A stretch of DNA of 64,000 bases from an uncultured bacterium (lineage in GTDB: Bacteria > Planctomycetota > Phycisphaerae > Phycisphaerales > SM1A02): contig CAIXJC010000075.1 in assembly GCA_903919715.1 (NCBI GenBank), positions 34,363 to 98,362 of the forward strand. Reading direction: 5' to 3'. Shown piece after piece: positions 54,829 through 63,585 of this stretch (position 1 is the stretch's first letter; every line of letters starts with the position of its first letter). Below the pieces are notes generated by a model. That model saw only the letters and a program-made list of their open reading frames with translations, was not told where the DNA came from and ran no database searches. Both the position numbers and the translations under genes were made by a program.

Positions 54829-55299
54829 TCACCGTGCTCCACCCGACCGTGTGTTCATGAGTTGACTGGCCTGACGAGAAAGTTCGCTCGCAGAAGAATT
54901 CCGTTCCTTCTCTTGAGCTTTCCATGTCGCCGAGGCAATCAACTCCAAGTGATCTCGAACCCCCAAAATCGTGACGACTCCCGCCAATCCGAATCTCGAC
55001 AAAAGTCGCTCTGGAATTCGAATGCGTCCCGCGGAATCGAGCGGACATCGTGCAGCTTGACTGAAGAATGATCGCTCGAAACGCCGAAGTACTTCGTCGC
55101 CGATCAATGATCCGCCGTGCCCCTTGGCAAGTTCCTCGAATGTCAGATTGGGCCAAAGAGTCAGAACCTCGTCCGCTCCAGGCACTGCAACGAACGAGTC
55201 CCCGTTGACCGCAGGATTGAGGACTTCCCGCAACTCGCTTGGAATTGCGAGGCGCTGCTTCGAGTCGAGACTGTGTTCGTATTCGCCGAGGAAGAGCAT
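54829..55299 (-). CDS. mraZ: transcriptional regulator MraZ
   Basis: MLFLGEYEHSLDSKQRLAIPSELRE and the second half-site LDSAGRIRIPERLL are the two DxxxR SpoVT/AbrB-like repeats of MraZ. Start at 55299. The track extension to 55386 would cover its own promoter. Confidence 0.9.
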   Translation of the reverse strand: MLFLGEYEHSLDSKQRLAIPSELREVLNPAVNGDSFVAVPGADEVLTLWPNLTFEELAKGHGGSLIGDEVLRRFERSFFSQAARCPLDSAGRIRIPERLLSRFGLAGVVTILGVRDHLELIASATWKAQEKERNSSASELSRQASQLMNTRSGGAR

Positions 55300-55326
55300 T
55301 GGTTTGGTCCATTTGGAGTCGCATTC

Positions 55327-55357
55327 AATATACCCACTACGCCCCACAATGCAACAC
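55327..55357 (-). promoter_or_regulatory. mraZ promoter TTGCAT-N16-TATATT with GTGGG direct repeats (MraZ-box-like) in the spacer
   Basis: On the minus strand: aaaaGTGTTgcattGTGGGgcgtaGTGGGtatatt. -35 TTGCAT (55354-55349), -10 TATATT (55332-55327). Repeats GTGTT, GTGGG, GTGGG at 55357-55353, 55347-55343 and 55337-55333, with an exact 10-bp period. Confidence 0.5.
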
Positions 55358-55466
55358 TTTTCAACAAAATTAATGTTTTTCGCCACACAACCATTTGAGT
55401 TTTATGGTCCGAGAACTTTCGTCGTCCAATATTCAATGATATAAACCATTGCATAGCAAAGATTTG

Positions 55467-55494
55467 TGGACAAACGTAGATTTCGCAATATAGT
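55467..55494 (+). promoter_or_regulatory. possible promoter TGGACA-N16-TATAGT for the flavin reductase-like gene
   Basis: Hexamers at 55467-55472 and 55489-55494, in an AT-rich divergent region. Confidence 0.4.
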
Positions 55495-55536
55495 TGCCTC
55501 GAGGCGTAAATATTTTTTGGAGCTTGACCCCAACCT

Positions 55537-56133
55537 ATGCAGACCGATCGACCAGCCGCAAACAGACTCACCGTTGAGCATGTTCTCAATCTTGTTCCTG
55601 CAACTTCATTTCTGTTGACATCCGCATACGGCGAATTGCGCAGCGGAGTGATCGTTCGATGCGTGCAACAAGTTGCAATGCATCCGCCGATGTTGCTCGT
55701 TGCGATGGAGAAAGGCCAGCCCCTGTCGCCAATCATTCGCGATAGTCGCAATTTTGCGCTGTGCGTTCTTGCGAAAGATGATCGTGTGACAACGAAAATT
55801 TTCGCGACATCACCAGATCAGGGTGTCGATGCATTTTTAACAATTCCAAATTTAGTCGTGCCAGGCGGATCTCCAGTTCCGCTTCGTGCGCTGGGATACA
55901 TCGCATGCGAATTGGTTCGACATCTCGATATCGAAGCGGATTATGAGGTCTACATTGGAATGGTTCATCATGCAGGACTGGTTGAACAACCAAAATTAAA
56001 ATCGCCACGATCAGGAGTCACGCGCGCACCTCTGAGTGTGCGACAACGAAATCTCTCAACAGGCGGCGCAAGCCCCAAACCTGTTGGATCAGTTCGCTCA
56101 CGAGATCCATCCAAGGTCCGGCGCCCTTCTTGA
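55537..56133 (+). CDS. flavin reductase-like (FMN-binding split-barrel) domain protein with a basic C-terminal tail
   Basis: SFLLTSAYGELRSGVIVRCVQQVAMHPPMLLVAMEKGQPLSPIIRDSRNFALCVLAKDD follows the flavin_reduct domain pattern. Confidence 0.75.
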   Translation: MQTDRPAANRLTVEHVLNLVPATSFLLTSAYGELRSGVIVRCVQQVAMHPPMLLVAMEKGQPLSPIIRDSRNFALCVLAKDDRVTTKIFATSPDQGVDAFLTIPNLVVPGGSPVPLRALGYIACELVRHLDIEADYEVYIGMVHHAGLVEQPKLKSPRSGVTRAPLSVRQRNLSTGGASPKPVGSVRSRDPSKVRRPS

Positions 56134-56156
56134 CGGTGAGCCCGTAATATTGCGGC

Positions 56157-57257
56157 GTGTTCAACGATTCAAATCTTGTCGATCTTGATTACCGTGCAGA
56201 AGCTCGGAGACTCGGTGCGCCGATCGTCCCGATCATCGATGCGCATGCGCATGTGGGCGGACTCTCTGCAGCGCCCATTCTTCGCGAAGCCATGGATTGC
56301 TACGGAATTGCTGAGATTTGGAGCATGACGTCGGCCATCGAACAGATCGACGGGCTCCGCGAACTCTTTGGAAATCGCATTCAATTCATCGCCGTTCCCA
56401 ACTGGCGCGATCCTGATCCAAAGCAATCGCACGGATCTGGATATGCACGACGGATTGAGGAATTCTACGCTCGAGGTGCACGCATTGCGAAGTTCTGGGC
56501 GGCACCGCGTGGTGTCGACATTGGCACCGAAGCAGGTGAACCACATCTCATGCGACTCGATAACCCGACGCGAGTCGCTGCGATGCAGACGGCGTACGAC
56601 TTGGGGATGACATTCATGGTGCATGTTGCGGATCCCGATACTTGGTTTGCAACGCGCTATTCAGATCATGCGCGGTACGGAACGAAGGCATCACAGTACG
56701 AGCCACTCGAACGAATGCTCGATCAGTTTCCGACACGATGGATCGCCGCACACATGGGTGGTTGGCCAGAAGATCTCAACTTTCTCTCTGGCCTCTTGCA
56801 TCGACATCCAAATCTTTCGCTCGATGCGAGCGCGACAAAGTGGATCGTGCGAGAAATATCCAAGCACGCGCGAGTTGATGTCTTAAATTTTTTCCGGCGA
56901 TGGCGTGGCCGACTCCTCTTTGGATCGGACATCGTCACAAGCGACGCCCATTTGGTTGAAGCTCCCACGACACATGAAATGGACGCGAAGGCCAATTCTG
57001 TGCAAACCGCATTTGACCTCTATGCAAGTAGATATTGGGCACTTCGGACTCTCTGGGAAACTGACTGGTCTGGACCGAGTCCAATTGCGGACCCTGACTT
57101 AGCAATGGTCGACCCAAAGAGATTCACCCCGAAAGACTCGCCTCTCTTACGTGGCGTTGCCCTTCCCACGGAGATTCTGACGGATTTTTATTCCCAGAGC
57201 GCCCGCCAACTCATGGACGACGCGACGCGGCGATCTGTTTCGGCGAAGCAGCACTAG
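56157..57257 (+). CDS. amidohydrolase-family metal-dependent hydrolase
   Basis: N-terminal IIDAHAHVGG (HxH metal motif), internal FMVHVAD, later AHMGG and GSD, consistent with a TIM-barrel amidohydrolase. GTG start. Confidence 0.75.
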   Translation: MFNDSNLVDLDYRAEARRLGAPIVPIIDAHAHVGGLSAAPILREAMDCYGIAEIWSMTSAIEQIDGLRELFGNRIQFIAVPNWRDPDPKQSHGSGYARRIEEFYARGARIAKFWAAPRGVDIGTEAGEPHLMRLDNPTRVAAMQTAYDLGMTFMVHVADPDTWFATRYSDHARYGTKASQYEPLERMLDQFPTRWIAAHMGGWPEDLNFLSGLLHRHPNLSLDASATKWIVREISKHARVDVLNFFRRWRGRLLFGSDIVTSDAHLVEAPTTHEMDAKANSVQTAFDLYASRYWALRTLWETDWSGPSPIADPDLAMVDPKRFTPKDSPLLRGVALPTEILTDFYSQSARQLMDDATRRSVSAKQH

Positions 57258-57317
57258 TCGAATTTCCTCGCAAACAGACAGCGAAGATTCCACTCCCGTT
57301 CCATACACTTCTGTTCA

Positions 57318-60300
57318 ATGTTGCGAACTCGCTTGACCATCTTTGGAGTGGTTGTTGCAGTGATCGTCGTGGCACTATTCACTGTTCCCACTCCACTCGA
57401 TGCGGCAAGGCTCGAACCCATTCTCTATGGACGAGATGTTCGTCCAATTCTTTCGGATCGCTGTTTTCTTTGCCACGGTCCCGACCGAGAGAAGCGTCAG
57501 GCAAACTTACGAATCGATACTGCTGAAGAGGCGACGAAAGATCGTCCCAAGGGCGCAGCGATCGTGCCATGGAATTCGAAGCAGAGCCAACTGTGGCAGC
57601 GCATCACTTCGGCTGATGAAAAGTTCATGATGCCACCTTCCGACAGTACAAAGCATGCGCTCGATGCGAGTCAGCGTGAAATCATTCGGCGGTGGATCGA
57701 AGAAGGCGCACAGTACGAGTCACACTGGGCATTCACCCCGCCGGTTCGCTCGCGCGTTCCAACAACAAATACCCCACAGTGGGCGGCGAACGATATCGAC
57801 CATTTCTTGCTTGCAAAAATGGAAAAGGCGGGCGTCGCTCCGAGTCCGCCCGCGCCTAAAACGACGCTCGTTCGCAGAATATTTTTAGATCTCACTGGAC
57901 TCCCGCCAACGCCAGAAGAAATCGCTTCATTCGTCAGCAATGGGAGTCAAAATGCGCGGGCTGAGCTCATCAACCGCCTGATGACCGAAGAACCCTACCG
58001 TTCTCGCTTCGCCGAACGAATGGCTGTGCCATGGCTCGATATCGCGAGATACGCAGACACAAGCGGCATTCACATGGACGCGGGAAGATCAATCTGGCCG
58101 TGGCGAGATTGGGTCATCAACGCCTTCAAGACGAACAAACCTTATGACCAATTCATCGTCGATCAGCTCGCGGGCGATCTGATTCCAAATGCGACTGCTG
58201 AACAGAAAGTCGCGAGCGGATTTAATCGCAATCATGTCACGAGCGACGAAGGTGGCGCGATCAACGAAGAATATTTGTTGGAGTACGCCGTTGATCGAGT
58301 TGCGACGACAGGCGCAGCATTCATGGGGCTCAGCGTGCAGTGCGCACGCTGCCACGATCACAAATTCGATCCGATCACCTCCGAAGATTTTTATGGCATG
58401 GTGGCGTTTTTCAATTCCAACGAAGAACCGGGCATCTACTCCCAGTCGACAGATGCGACTCGATCACTCGAACCTTCGATCGATCTCCCGACGGCGGAAC
58501 AAACGTCCCAAATCGAGGAACTCGAAAAAACAGTGCGGGCATTCAGCGAAGAACGCAATCAAACCTCTCCAGACGAAATACGGGAATTCGAGCAGTATCG
58601 CGCGGCAATTTCTAACTCGACGGACATTGAATGGATGCCATCGCAGCTTGTTGACGCGCACTCAGCACACGGAGCGACGCTCACAATTCAATCGGACGGA
58701 TCCGTGCTCGCGAGCGGCACAAACCCAAATGACGATGAGCAGACTTTGACTTTGGAGACCGAGGCAACTGACATTCGCATGCTCGCGCTCGAAGCACTGA
58801 CGGATCCCACGCTCCCAAGCGGTCGGGTTGGTCGTGCCCCAAATGGCAACGCCATTCTCGATTCGATCGAAGTCGAAGCCGTTTCGAAATTGGATCCAAC
58901 AAAAACCGAAAGAGTTGTACTCGACTGGGCTTGGGCGGACGTCGAACAGCCCAATGGCGATTTCAAAATCACAAATGCACTCACAGTCAATGATGGCCGT
59001 GAATGGGCAGTTGATGGACATCACTTGGAAGGGAATCGTCTTGCGCTTTTCATAGCGACCAAACCCTTTGGCTTCGCTGGCGGAACGCAGTTGCGCGTCA
59101 AGCTTGGATATGTCTCGCCCTATTCACAACATTCACTCGGTCGAGTGCGCATTTCCCTCGCAAAGGTGAGCGATTCGTTGATGGCGAAACTGCCCGACGT
59201 CTCAAGTGCGTGGTACATCGCGGGGCCATGGTCGACTGATGTCGACGAAGACCCATACGAAATTCTTCGAGGACCAGAATCTTCCGCTACGTTTCATCGG
59301 CAAGAAAAATGGGCTGAATTCGCCTGGAAATACGCTCCAGGCGTCCTCGAAGCTGAACCCGTCGGGCTTGCGCAAGGTGTCGATAGCGAATTTGTTGCAC
59401 GTCAGATTTATTCCCCGACAGCACGAAACATCGAACTCTCACTTGGAAGCGACGATGGGTTGGTCGTCTATGTCAATGGCTCGAAGGTGCACGAGTCACG
59501 TGCCAATCGAAGCGTTGCCGCTGATCAAGAACGGATCAAGATTTCATTGCGCGCAGGCGAAAATCTACTCGTATGCAAAGTCATCAACGCAGGTGGACTC
59601 GGCGGGTTCTATCACCGAGCGCTCAACAGTGATGGAGTTATCGCACGCGGGATGATTCCCCTCGTGCTACCTGACTCATACACGCGACCTGAAACTCGAA
59701 CTGCGGTTCGCGATGTTTGGAGAATGACCACATCCCCCCGCTTTCAAGAGATCACACGCAAGATGGACGCCGCCCACAAGACCCAAGCGACCATCAAATC
59801 ACAGATCCCTCACACGATGGTCATGCATGAGCAGCAGACAGATCGGCCGACATTCGTCCTCAAGCGTGGCATGTACGACCAAGTCGACCGCGATCGACCA
59901 GTGAATCGAGCAATTCCAAAGATGCTCGGCGCCCTCAACGACGATCAGCCAAAGAATCGCCTTGGCTTGGCGAAGTGGCTTGTTTCAGAGCAAAACCCAC
60001 TCACAGCGCGCGTCACAATCAATCGACTCTGGGAGCAATTCTTTGGTCGCGGCATAGTTCGTACGGAGAACGATTTCGGTTTTCAAGGAGAGTGGCCAAC
60101 GCATCCAGAACTGCTTGACTGGCTTGCGGCCGAATTTCGCGAGAGTGGATGGGATCTTCAACACATGATTCAACTCATGCTGAATTCGCAGGCGTACGCA
60201 CAGTCGTCACGGCTTCGACCAGAAGTTGCAGCATTCGATCCTGATGATCGACTCCTCTCTTGGTATCCAAGGCAACGACTTGGTGCAGAACAGATTCGCG

Positions 60301-60902
60301 ACCAAGCGCTGTATGTCAGTGGATTGCTCAAGGAGCGTGTCGGTGGTCCCAGCGTGAAGTCATATCAACCTGATGGACTTTGGCAAGAAGTTGCCATGCC
60401 GCAGTCGAATACTCGCACATACGTTCGAGGTGAAAATGATGACTTGTGGCGTCGCAGTCTCTATACCTATTGGAAACGTGCCGTCCCGCCGCCATCCTTG
60501 CTGACGTTCGATGCGCCAACGAGGGAATACTGCGTCACTCGCAGAACAACGACCAACACGCCACTGCAGGCACTCGTCCTGTGGAACGACGACCAATTTG
60601 TTGAAGCCGCACGAAACATGGCCACGCGCATTCTGCGCGAGCATCCGACCGATGCAGAGCGCTTGGCAGACTTGTTTGAGCGCTGCACGGGCCAGCAACC
60701 GACTGAAGCCGTCGCCCAACGACTCAATGCGGCCTTGCAGGCGAATCGACTCCGCTACGGACAATCCGCAGACGATGCGAAAAAGTTCGTCTCCATCGGC
60801 GTGACCCCGCAGCCAGAAGGTATCGAACCACAAGAGCTCGCCGCTTGGACTTTGCTTGCAAATGCCATACTTTCTAGTGATTCCGCACTCGTGAAGGACT
60901 GA
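57318..60902 (+). CDS. PSCyt/PSD-type protein (planctomycete cytochrome-c-like domain + DUF1549 + DUF1553)
   Basis: N-terminal anchor, CFLCHGPD heme-binding-like CxxCH motif, WAFTPP (DUF1549 start), [13 protein letters not shown]-terminal DUF1553-like region and a central lectin/jelly-roll-like insert. 1194 aa. Confidence 0.9.
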   Translation: MLRTRLTIFGVVVAVIVVALFTVPTPLDAARLEPILYGRDVRPILSDRCFLCHGPDREKRQANLRIDTAEEATKDRPKGAAIVPWNSKQSQLWQRITSADEKFMMPPSDSTKHALDASQREIIRRWIEEGAQYESHWAFTPPVRSRVPTTNTPQWAANDIDHFLLAKMEKAGVAPSPPAPKTTLVRRIFLDLTGLPPTPEEIASFVSNGSQNARAELINRLMTEEPYRSRFAERMAVPWLDIARYADTSGIHMDAGRSIWPWRDWVINAFKTNKPYDQFIVDQLAGDLIPNATAEQKVASGFNRNHVTSDEGGAINEEYLLEYAVDRVATTGAAFMGLSVQCARCHDHKFDPITSEDFYGMVAFFNSNEEPGIYSQSTDATRSLEPSIDLPTAEQTSQIEELEKTVRAFSEERNQTSPDEIREFEQYRAAISNSTDIEWMPSQLVDAHSAHGATLTIQSDGSVLASGTNPNDDEQTLTLETEATDIRMLALEALTDPTLPSGRVGRAPNGNAILDSIEVEAVSKLDPTKTERVVLDWAWADVEQPNGDFKITNALTVNDGREWAVDGHHLEGNRLALFIATKPFGFAGGTQLRVKLGYVSPYSQHSLGRVRISLAKVSDSLMAKLPDVSSAWYIAGPWSTDVDEDPYEILRGPESSATFHRQEKWAEFAWKYAPGVLEAEPVGLAQGVDSEFVARQIYSPTARNIELSLGSDDGLVVYVNGSKVHESRANRSVAADQERIKISLRAGENLLVCKVINAGGLGGFYHRALNSDGVIARGMIPLVLPDSYTRPETRTAVRDVWRMTTSPRFQEITRKMDAAHKTQATIKSQIPHTMVMHEQQTDRPTFVLKRGMYDQVDRDRPVNRAIPKMLGALNDDQPKNRLGLAKWLVSEQNPLTARVTINRLWEQFFGRGIVRTENDFGFQGEWPTHPELLDWLAAEFRESGWDLQHMIQLMLNSQAYAQSSRLRPEVAAFDPDDRLLSWYPRQRLGAEQIRDQALYVSGLLKERVGGPSVKSYQPDGLWQEVAMPQSNTRTYVRGENDDLWRRSLYTYWKRAVPPPSLLTFDAPTREYCVTRRTTTNTPLQALVLWNDDQFVEAARNMATRILREHPTDAERLADLFERCTGQQPTEAVAQRLNAALQANRLRYGQSADDAKKFVSIGVTPQPEGIEPQELAAWTLLANAILSSDSALVKD

Positions 60903-60905
60903 ACC

Positions 60906-62423
60906 ATGATTCCACGATCCACTCACCCAGCGAACCGTGAACGCTCCGCAGATGCGCTCGAGGAATATCTTCTGAATCTCACCAGGCGGAGATTCTTTGG
61001 TTCACTCGCCGGCTCGCTCGGTGCAGGCTTGGGTGGAGTTGCGCTCGCTCAGTTGATGGGTTCACGCACTGCGACTGCTGCAACTGTTGCCCCAGATGCA
61101 CAAAATATTTTGGCGCATTTGCCAGACTATGCACCCAAGGCGAAGCGTGTCATTTATATGCACATGGAAGGTGCGCCGAGCCAGTTGGACTTGTTTGACT
61201 ACAAGCCAAATTTGGTTGATCGATTCAACGAGGAACTTCCAGCATCCATTCGAAACGGCCAGCGCATCACAACGATGACGAGCGGACAGACGCGATTCCC
61301 CGTCGCCCCAACCATCTTTCGATTCGACCATCACGAAAACAGCGAAGACGGCATCATGCTTTCGGAACTCTTACCCCACACGGGATCCGTTGCCAACGAA
61401 CTCTGTTTCATCCATTCGATGCACACTCAGGCAATCAATCACGAGCCTGGGATCACCTTCTTTCAGACTGGCAGCGAACAGCCCGGCCGGCCATCGTTCG
61501 GATCGTGGATGAGCTATGGGCTTGGGAGTGGGAATAAAAACATCCCCGCATTCGTGGTCATGATCACGCAAGGAATAGGCAATATGCAGGCTCTTTCCGC
61601 ACGTTTTTGGGGAAGTGGTTTTCTGCCAAGCGAGCATCAAGGATGCAGACTTCGCGCGGGCCGTGATGCGGTTCTCTATTTGCGTGATCCCGACGGCGTC
61701 TCGCGAGAGGATCGTCGACGCATGCTCGACCTCGTCGGCCAACTCAACGAGGAGGAGTTTTCGCAGAGCCTTGACCCTGAAGTCCATGCTCGCATTTCCC
61801 AATTTGAGATGGCGTATCGAATGCAGATGTCCGTCCCTGAACTGACGGACTTCAGTGACGAAACTCCGCAGACGCTTGAAATGTATGGCCCCGATGTCCG
61901 CACTCCTGGCAGCTTTGCGGCGAATTGCCTGATGGCACGCCGACTTGCGCAGCGCGATGTGCGATTCATCCAGTTGTATATGCGCGGATGGGACCAACAC
62001 GGAAACCTTCCCAGTGAATTGCGTGCGCAGTGCAAAGCGGTCGATCAACCGCAGGCCGCGCTGATCAAAGACCTCAAACGTCTTGGCCTTCTCGACGAAA
62101 CGCTCGTGCTTTGGTCGGGCGAATTTGGTCGGACCGCTTACAGCCAAGGGATGCTGACAAAGACGAATTATGGGCGCGATCATCACCCACGTTGTTTCAG
62201 CCTTTGGCTTGCTGGCGGCGGAGTGAAGCCTGGAATCTCGTATGGAAAGACAGATGATTTTTCGTACAACATCATCGAAAACCCAGTCGAAGTCCATGAT
62301 TTACATGCCACGATGCTGCACTTGCTTGGGCTCGACCACAAAAAATTGACCTACCGCGCTCAAGGGCGCGACTATCGCCTGACGGATGTCAAAGGCAACG
62401 TGATCAAACAGATTCTGTCGTAA
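60906..62423 (+). CDS. DUF1501 domain protein (sulfatase-like fold) with a Tat signal
   Basis: Twin-arginine signal LTRRRFFGSLAGSLGAGLGGVALAQ. C-terminal GRDHHP motif typical of DUF1501. Starts 3 nt after the PSD gene stop. Confidence 0.9.
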   Translation: MIPRSTHPANRERSADALEEYLLNLTRRRFFGSLAGSLGAGLGGVALAQLMGSRTATAATVAPDAQNILAHLPDYAPKAKRVIYMHMEGAPSQLDLFDYKPNLVDRFNEELPASIRNGQRITTMTSGQTRFPVAPTIFRFDHHENSEDGIMLSELLPHTGSVANELCFIHSMHTQAINHEPGITFFQTGSEQPGRPSFGSWMSYGLGSGNKNIPAFVVMITQGIGNMQALSARFWGSGFLPSEHQGCRLRAGRDAVLYLRDPDGVSREDRRRMLDLVGQLNEEEFSQSLDPEVHARISQFEMAYRMQMSVPELTDFSDETPQTLEMYGPDVRTPGSFAANCLMARRLAQRDVRFIQLYMRGWDQHGNLPSELRAQCKAVDQPQAALIKDLKRLGLLDETLVLWSGEFGRTAYSQGMLTKTNYGRDHHPRCFSLWLAGGGVKPGISYGKTDDFSYNIIENPVEVHDLHATMLHLLGLDHKKLTYRAQGRDYRLTDVKGNVIKQILS

Positions 62424-62442
62424 CGCAACACGCAAATCGTGT

Positions 62443-62568
62443 CAGCTGTGGAAAGTTCTCTCGTGCGAGTTCCGCAGGAGGCCGACTGAACTTGCAATTG
62501 ATCAACAACAATCAGATCGTGTCGGTCGCCGAGGGCTGTTTGAGTACCGAGAGCACTTTCCACAGCTG
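62443..62568. repeat. long imperfect inverted repeat (14 bp + mismatch + 6 bp arms, 84-nt spacer)
   Basis: Left arm cagctgtggaaagttctctcg (62443-62463) pairs with right arm cgagagcactttccacagctg (62548-62568). An inner pairing ggccgac/gtcggtc is also possible. Lies between convergent genes. Confidence 0.8.
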
Positions 62569-62622
62569 CCGCCAAATGCATATCGATTCTGCCCATCGAT
62601 TCTGTGGAGTTTCTCGGCCGTG

Positions 62623-63585
62623 TCAGCGATTCACTGCGGCGGTTTGCGCACTTCGAATCGCTCCATCGGACAGTGCTTGCACGATGTCGCCACCACCAGC
62701 GCAGTCGTCAGCAAGTTTGATGAGTAGTCGCACAAGTTCATCGCGATTCCTGCGAGTGAAAGCGAGAGTTCCGTCGCAATCTGCGATACAAGATTCATGA
62801 ATCACGCCGATTCCCGCCGCCATGGCCCACCATGCGCACCACCCCCACCACGGTCCACATGACTCGTCCCACGGTTGTTTGAGCAGCATCACATCGGCCG
62901 CCAACCATGTTGCACTGGGAATCTCAGCGCCGTCGACGATAACAAGACGGTCAGACATTCCAGAGTGCCGAGCATGCCTCCTCGTCTGGGAAGTCCACCG
63001 ACCTTGCGCCGGAATGATCAAGACAACATCAGCGCCGCCCAACACTGATCTTCCCACCGCTGCAAATGCTTCGCGGGTATCAATCGAGTCGGCTCGATCT
63101 CCGCCACTCAATATGACAAGCGACTTCGCCGAGATCCCAAGGGCTTGGCGCACAATTGCTCGCTGCGAAGCATCGAAACGCCGCCAATGCTCGACTGCCG
63201 TACGTGCGCAATTCATCCGAGCATCTTCGGGTGGCTCACCATAAACCGTTCGGTCAACACTGGGAAGTGCGACATGCGCAAGCTCTCCAACCGCGGGTCC
63301 GTATGCGATGATTTTCTTGGGACATGTTCCGTGACGTATCACCCATGCACGCAACCGCCGAGCGAGGAGTCGTTCGATACCAAGGGGTGCCGTCAAGATG
63401 CCCGTGAATGGAATCGTGAACGCACGGCATGCTTCGGCAACGCTCGAGGGACCGATTGCGATTCGATTGTCTTGCGCTGAATCCCCAGTCATTGCTCCCG
63501 CAGTCCAACCAACCGCACCCGTTGTCTGCACCAAGTGCAACATTCCATCTCGGGGCAGATGACTCGAGTCAATTCGACCAATCAC
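62623..63585 (-). CDS. hypothetical protein, possibly a degenerate GT-B (family 1/4-like) glycosyltransferase
   Basis: C-terminal half (VILSGGDRADSIDTREAFAAVGRSVLGGADVVLIIPAQG...ATWLAADVMLLKQP...AMAAGIGVI) loosely resembles the GT1/GT4 donor-binding domain. Weak call. Confidence 0.4.
   Translation of the reverse strand: MIGRIDSSHLPRDGMLHLVQTTGAVGWTAGAMTGDSAQDNRIAIGPSSVAEACRAFTIPFTGILTAPLGIERLLARRLRAWVIRHGTCPKKIIAYGPAVGELAHVALPSVDRTVYGEPPEDARMNCARTAVEHWRRFDASQRAIVRQALGISAKSLVILSGGDRADSIDTREAFAAVGRSVLGGADVVLIIPAQGRWTSQTRRHARHSGMSDRLVIVDGAEIPSATWLAADVMLLKQPWDESCGPWWGWCAWWAMAAGIGVIHESCIADCDGTLAFTRRNRDELVRLLIKLADDCAGGGDIVQALSDGAIRSAQTAAVNR

Larger units (their letters stand above)
54594..54833 (-). 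ncRNA. candidate CsrA-binding RNA: chain of GGA-loop hairpins (independent sRNA or mraZ 3'UTR)
   Basis: Minus-strand hairpins: 54820-54833 GGUGA[UGGA]UCGCC; 54781-54802 GCUACG-GC[ACGGAC]GG-CGUAGC; 54747-54760 GUGC[AUGGAU]GCGC; 54714-54729 GGGUC[AUGGAU]GACCC; 54673-54705 CGUACGG..GCC[AGGAU]GGC..CCGUACG; 54646-54665 GAGUUG[GACUCGUU]CAACUC; then the U9 terminator. No credible ORF. I found no clean promoter, so the transcript boundaries are unknown. Confidence 0.4.

Noticed and set aside
55300-55386. 29-aa N-terminal extension of the mraZ ORF
   Set aside because: The extension would be translated from the gene's own -35/-10 elements and MraZ-box repeats. Canonical MraZ proteins begin at the MLF/MFxG motif found at 55299.
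61371-62297. 308-aa minus-strand ORF inside the DUF1501 gene. Similar long antisense ORFs are at 40621-41343, 44822-45577, 46829-47587, 22782-23471, 30297-30995 and 32238-32966.
   Set aside because: Each lies fully inside a gene with strong family motifs on the other strand. Their compositions (Arg/Ser/Cys-rich) look non-protein-like.
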